From: Lama guanicoe
Lineage: Eukaryota
Direction of reading: 5' to 3'
DNA: 20,885 bases
Assembly (NCBI GenBank): GCA_013239625.1
Contig: MU053444.1
Location: 451,822-472,706 of the forward strand
Numbering within the stretch: position 1 is the stretch's first letter; every line of letters starts with the position of its first letter. The translations under genes were made by a program, and so were the position numbers. This document shows positions 20,382-20,885 of the stretch, piece by piece. The notes below the pieces were generated by a model. That model was not told where the DNA came from. It made no database searches and saw only the letters and a list, made by a program, of their open reading frames with translations.

Positions 20382-20436
20382 NNNNNNNNNNNNNNNNNNN
20401 NNNNNNNNNNNNNNNNNNNNNNNNNNNNNNNNNNNN
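20382..20436. other. Assembly gap (55 N)
   Basis: Run of N. Confidence 1.
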
Positions 20437-20562
20437 CTTATCAAAATCTCGTAGAGACAGAAAATATAAACAGAACAACTCTCACACAAGAAAAAGAAAA
20501 TATCAAGCTTGCCTGAGCAGTAAAATGAGCACCTCTAAATCTTTCATCTAGGCTCAGCTCAC

Positions 20563-20759
20563 NNNNNNNNNNNNNNNNNNNNNNNNNNNNNNNNNNNNNN
20601 NNNNNNNNNNNNNNNNNNNNNNNNNNNNNNNNNNNNNNNNNNNNNNNNNNNNNNNNNNNNNNNNNNNNNNNNNNNNNNNNNNNNNNNNNNNNNNNNNNNN
20701 NNNNNNNNNNNNNNNNNNNNNNNNNNNNNNNNNNNNNNNNNNNNNNNNNNNNNNNNNNN
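20563..20759. other. Assembly gap (197 N)
   Basis: Run of N. Confidence 1.
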
Positions 20760-20885
20760 GTTATCATGAGGTTTAATCAAAATTGTTTTCTTTAAAAAAT
20801 GTCCACATACATTTTAGACTTTACTGATATATTGCTCTTTTTTTAACTCTGCATTTCCAAAAATTCATCCACACTGTTGTGTTGT

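Noticed and set aside
20441..20780. ORFs spanning N runs (also 16383-16813)
   Set aside because: Artefacts of translating through assembly gaps.
1..20885. CRISPR array, prokaryotic system, env gene or host exon
   Set aside because: The sequence is CpG-depleted mammalian repeat DNA. I saw no regularly spaced repeats, no env motifs (furin site, immunosuppressive domain, CX6CC) and no CpG island.

Overview
Mammalian genomic DNA, almost certainly camelid, as it contains a Vic-1-type tRNA-derived SINE and a camelid-type L1 3'UTR. I see no host gene and no intact ORF. Roughly 90% of the window is a nested pile of decayed retroelements. In order: (1) the 5' half of a class III (ERVL-like) provirus on the minus strand (LTR, tRNA-Ser PBS, gag, pro, start of RT); (2) an old L1 ORF2 split by a class I (ERV1) provirus with a 4-bp TSD; (3) an L1 5' end/ORF1; (4) a plus-strand ERVL pol that is broken by an MLT2 solo LTR, by a younger L1 with a perfect 19-bp TSD, by a MER21-like LTR that itself carries a Vic-1 SINE, and by a microsatellite; (5) a third, minus-strand ERVL-like 5' end; (6) L1MC, camelid L1, MLT1A, old L1ME-like and Charlie4-like fragments; and three assembly gaps. 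The most interesting points are about 270 bp of apparently non-L1 cargo inside the TSD-bounded L1, the reconstructable insertion chronology, and three separate minus-strand proviruses that each appear primed by a different tRNA-Ser isoacceptor. Repeat family names and tRNA matches come from my memory of consensus sequences and were not checked by a search. I find no evidence for a new functional system.
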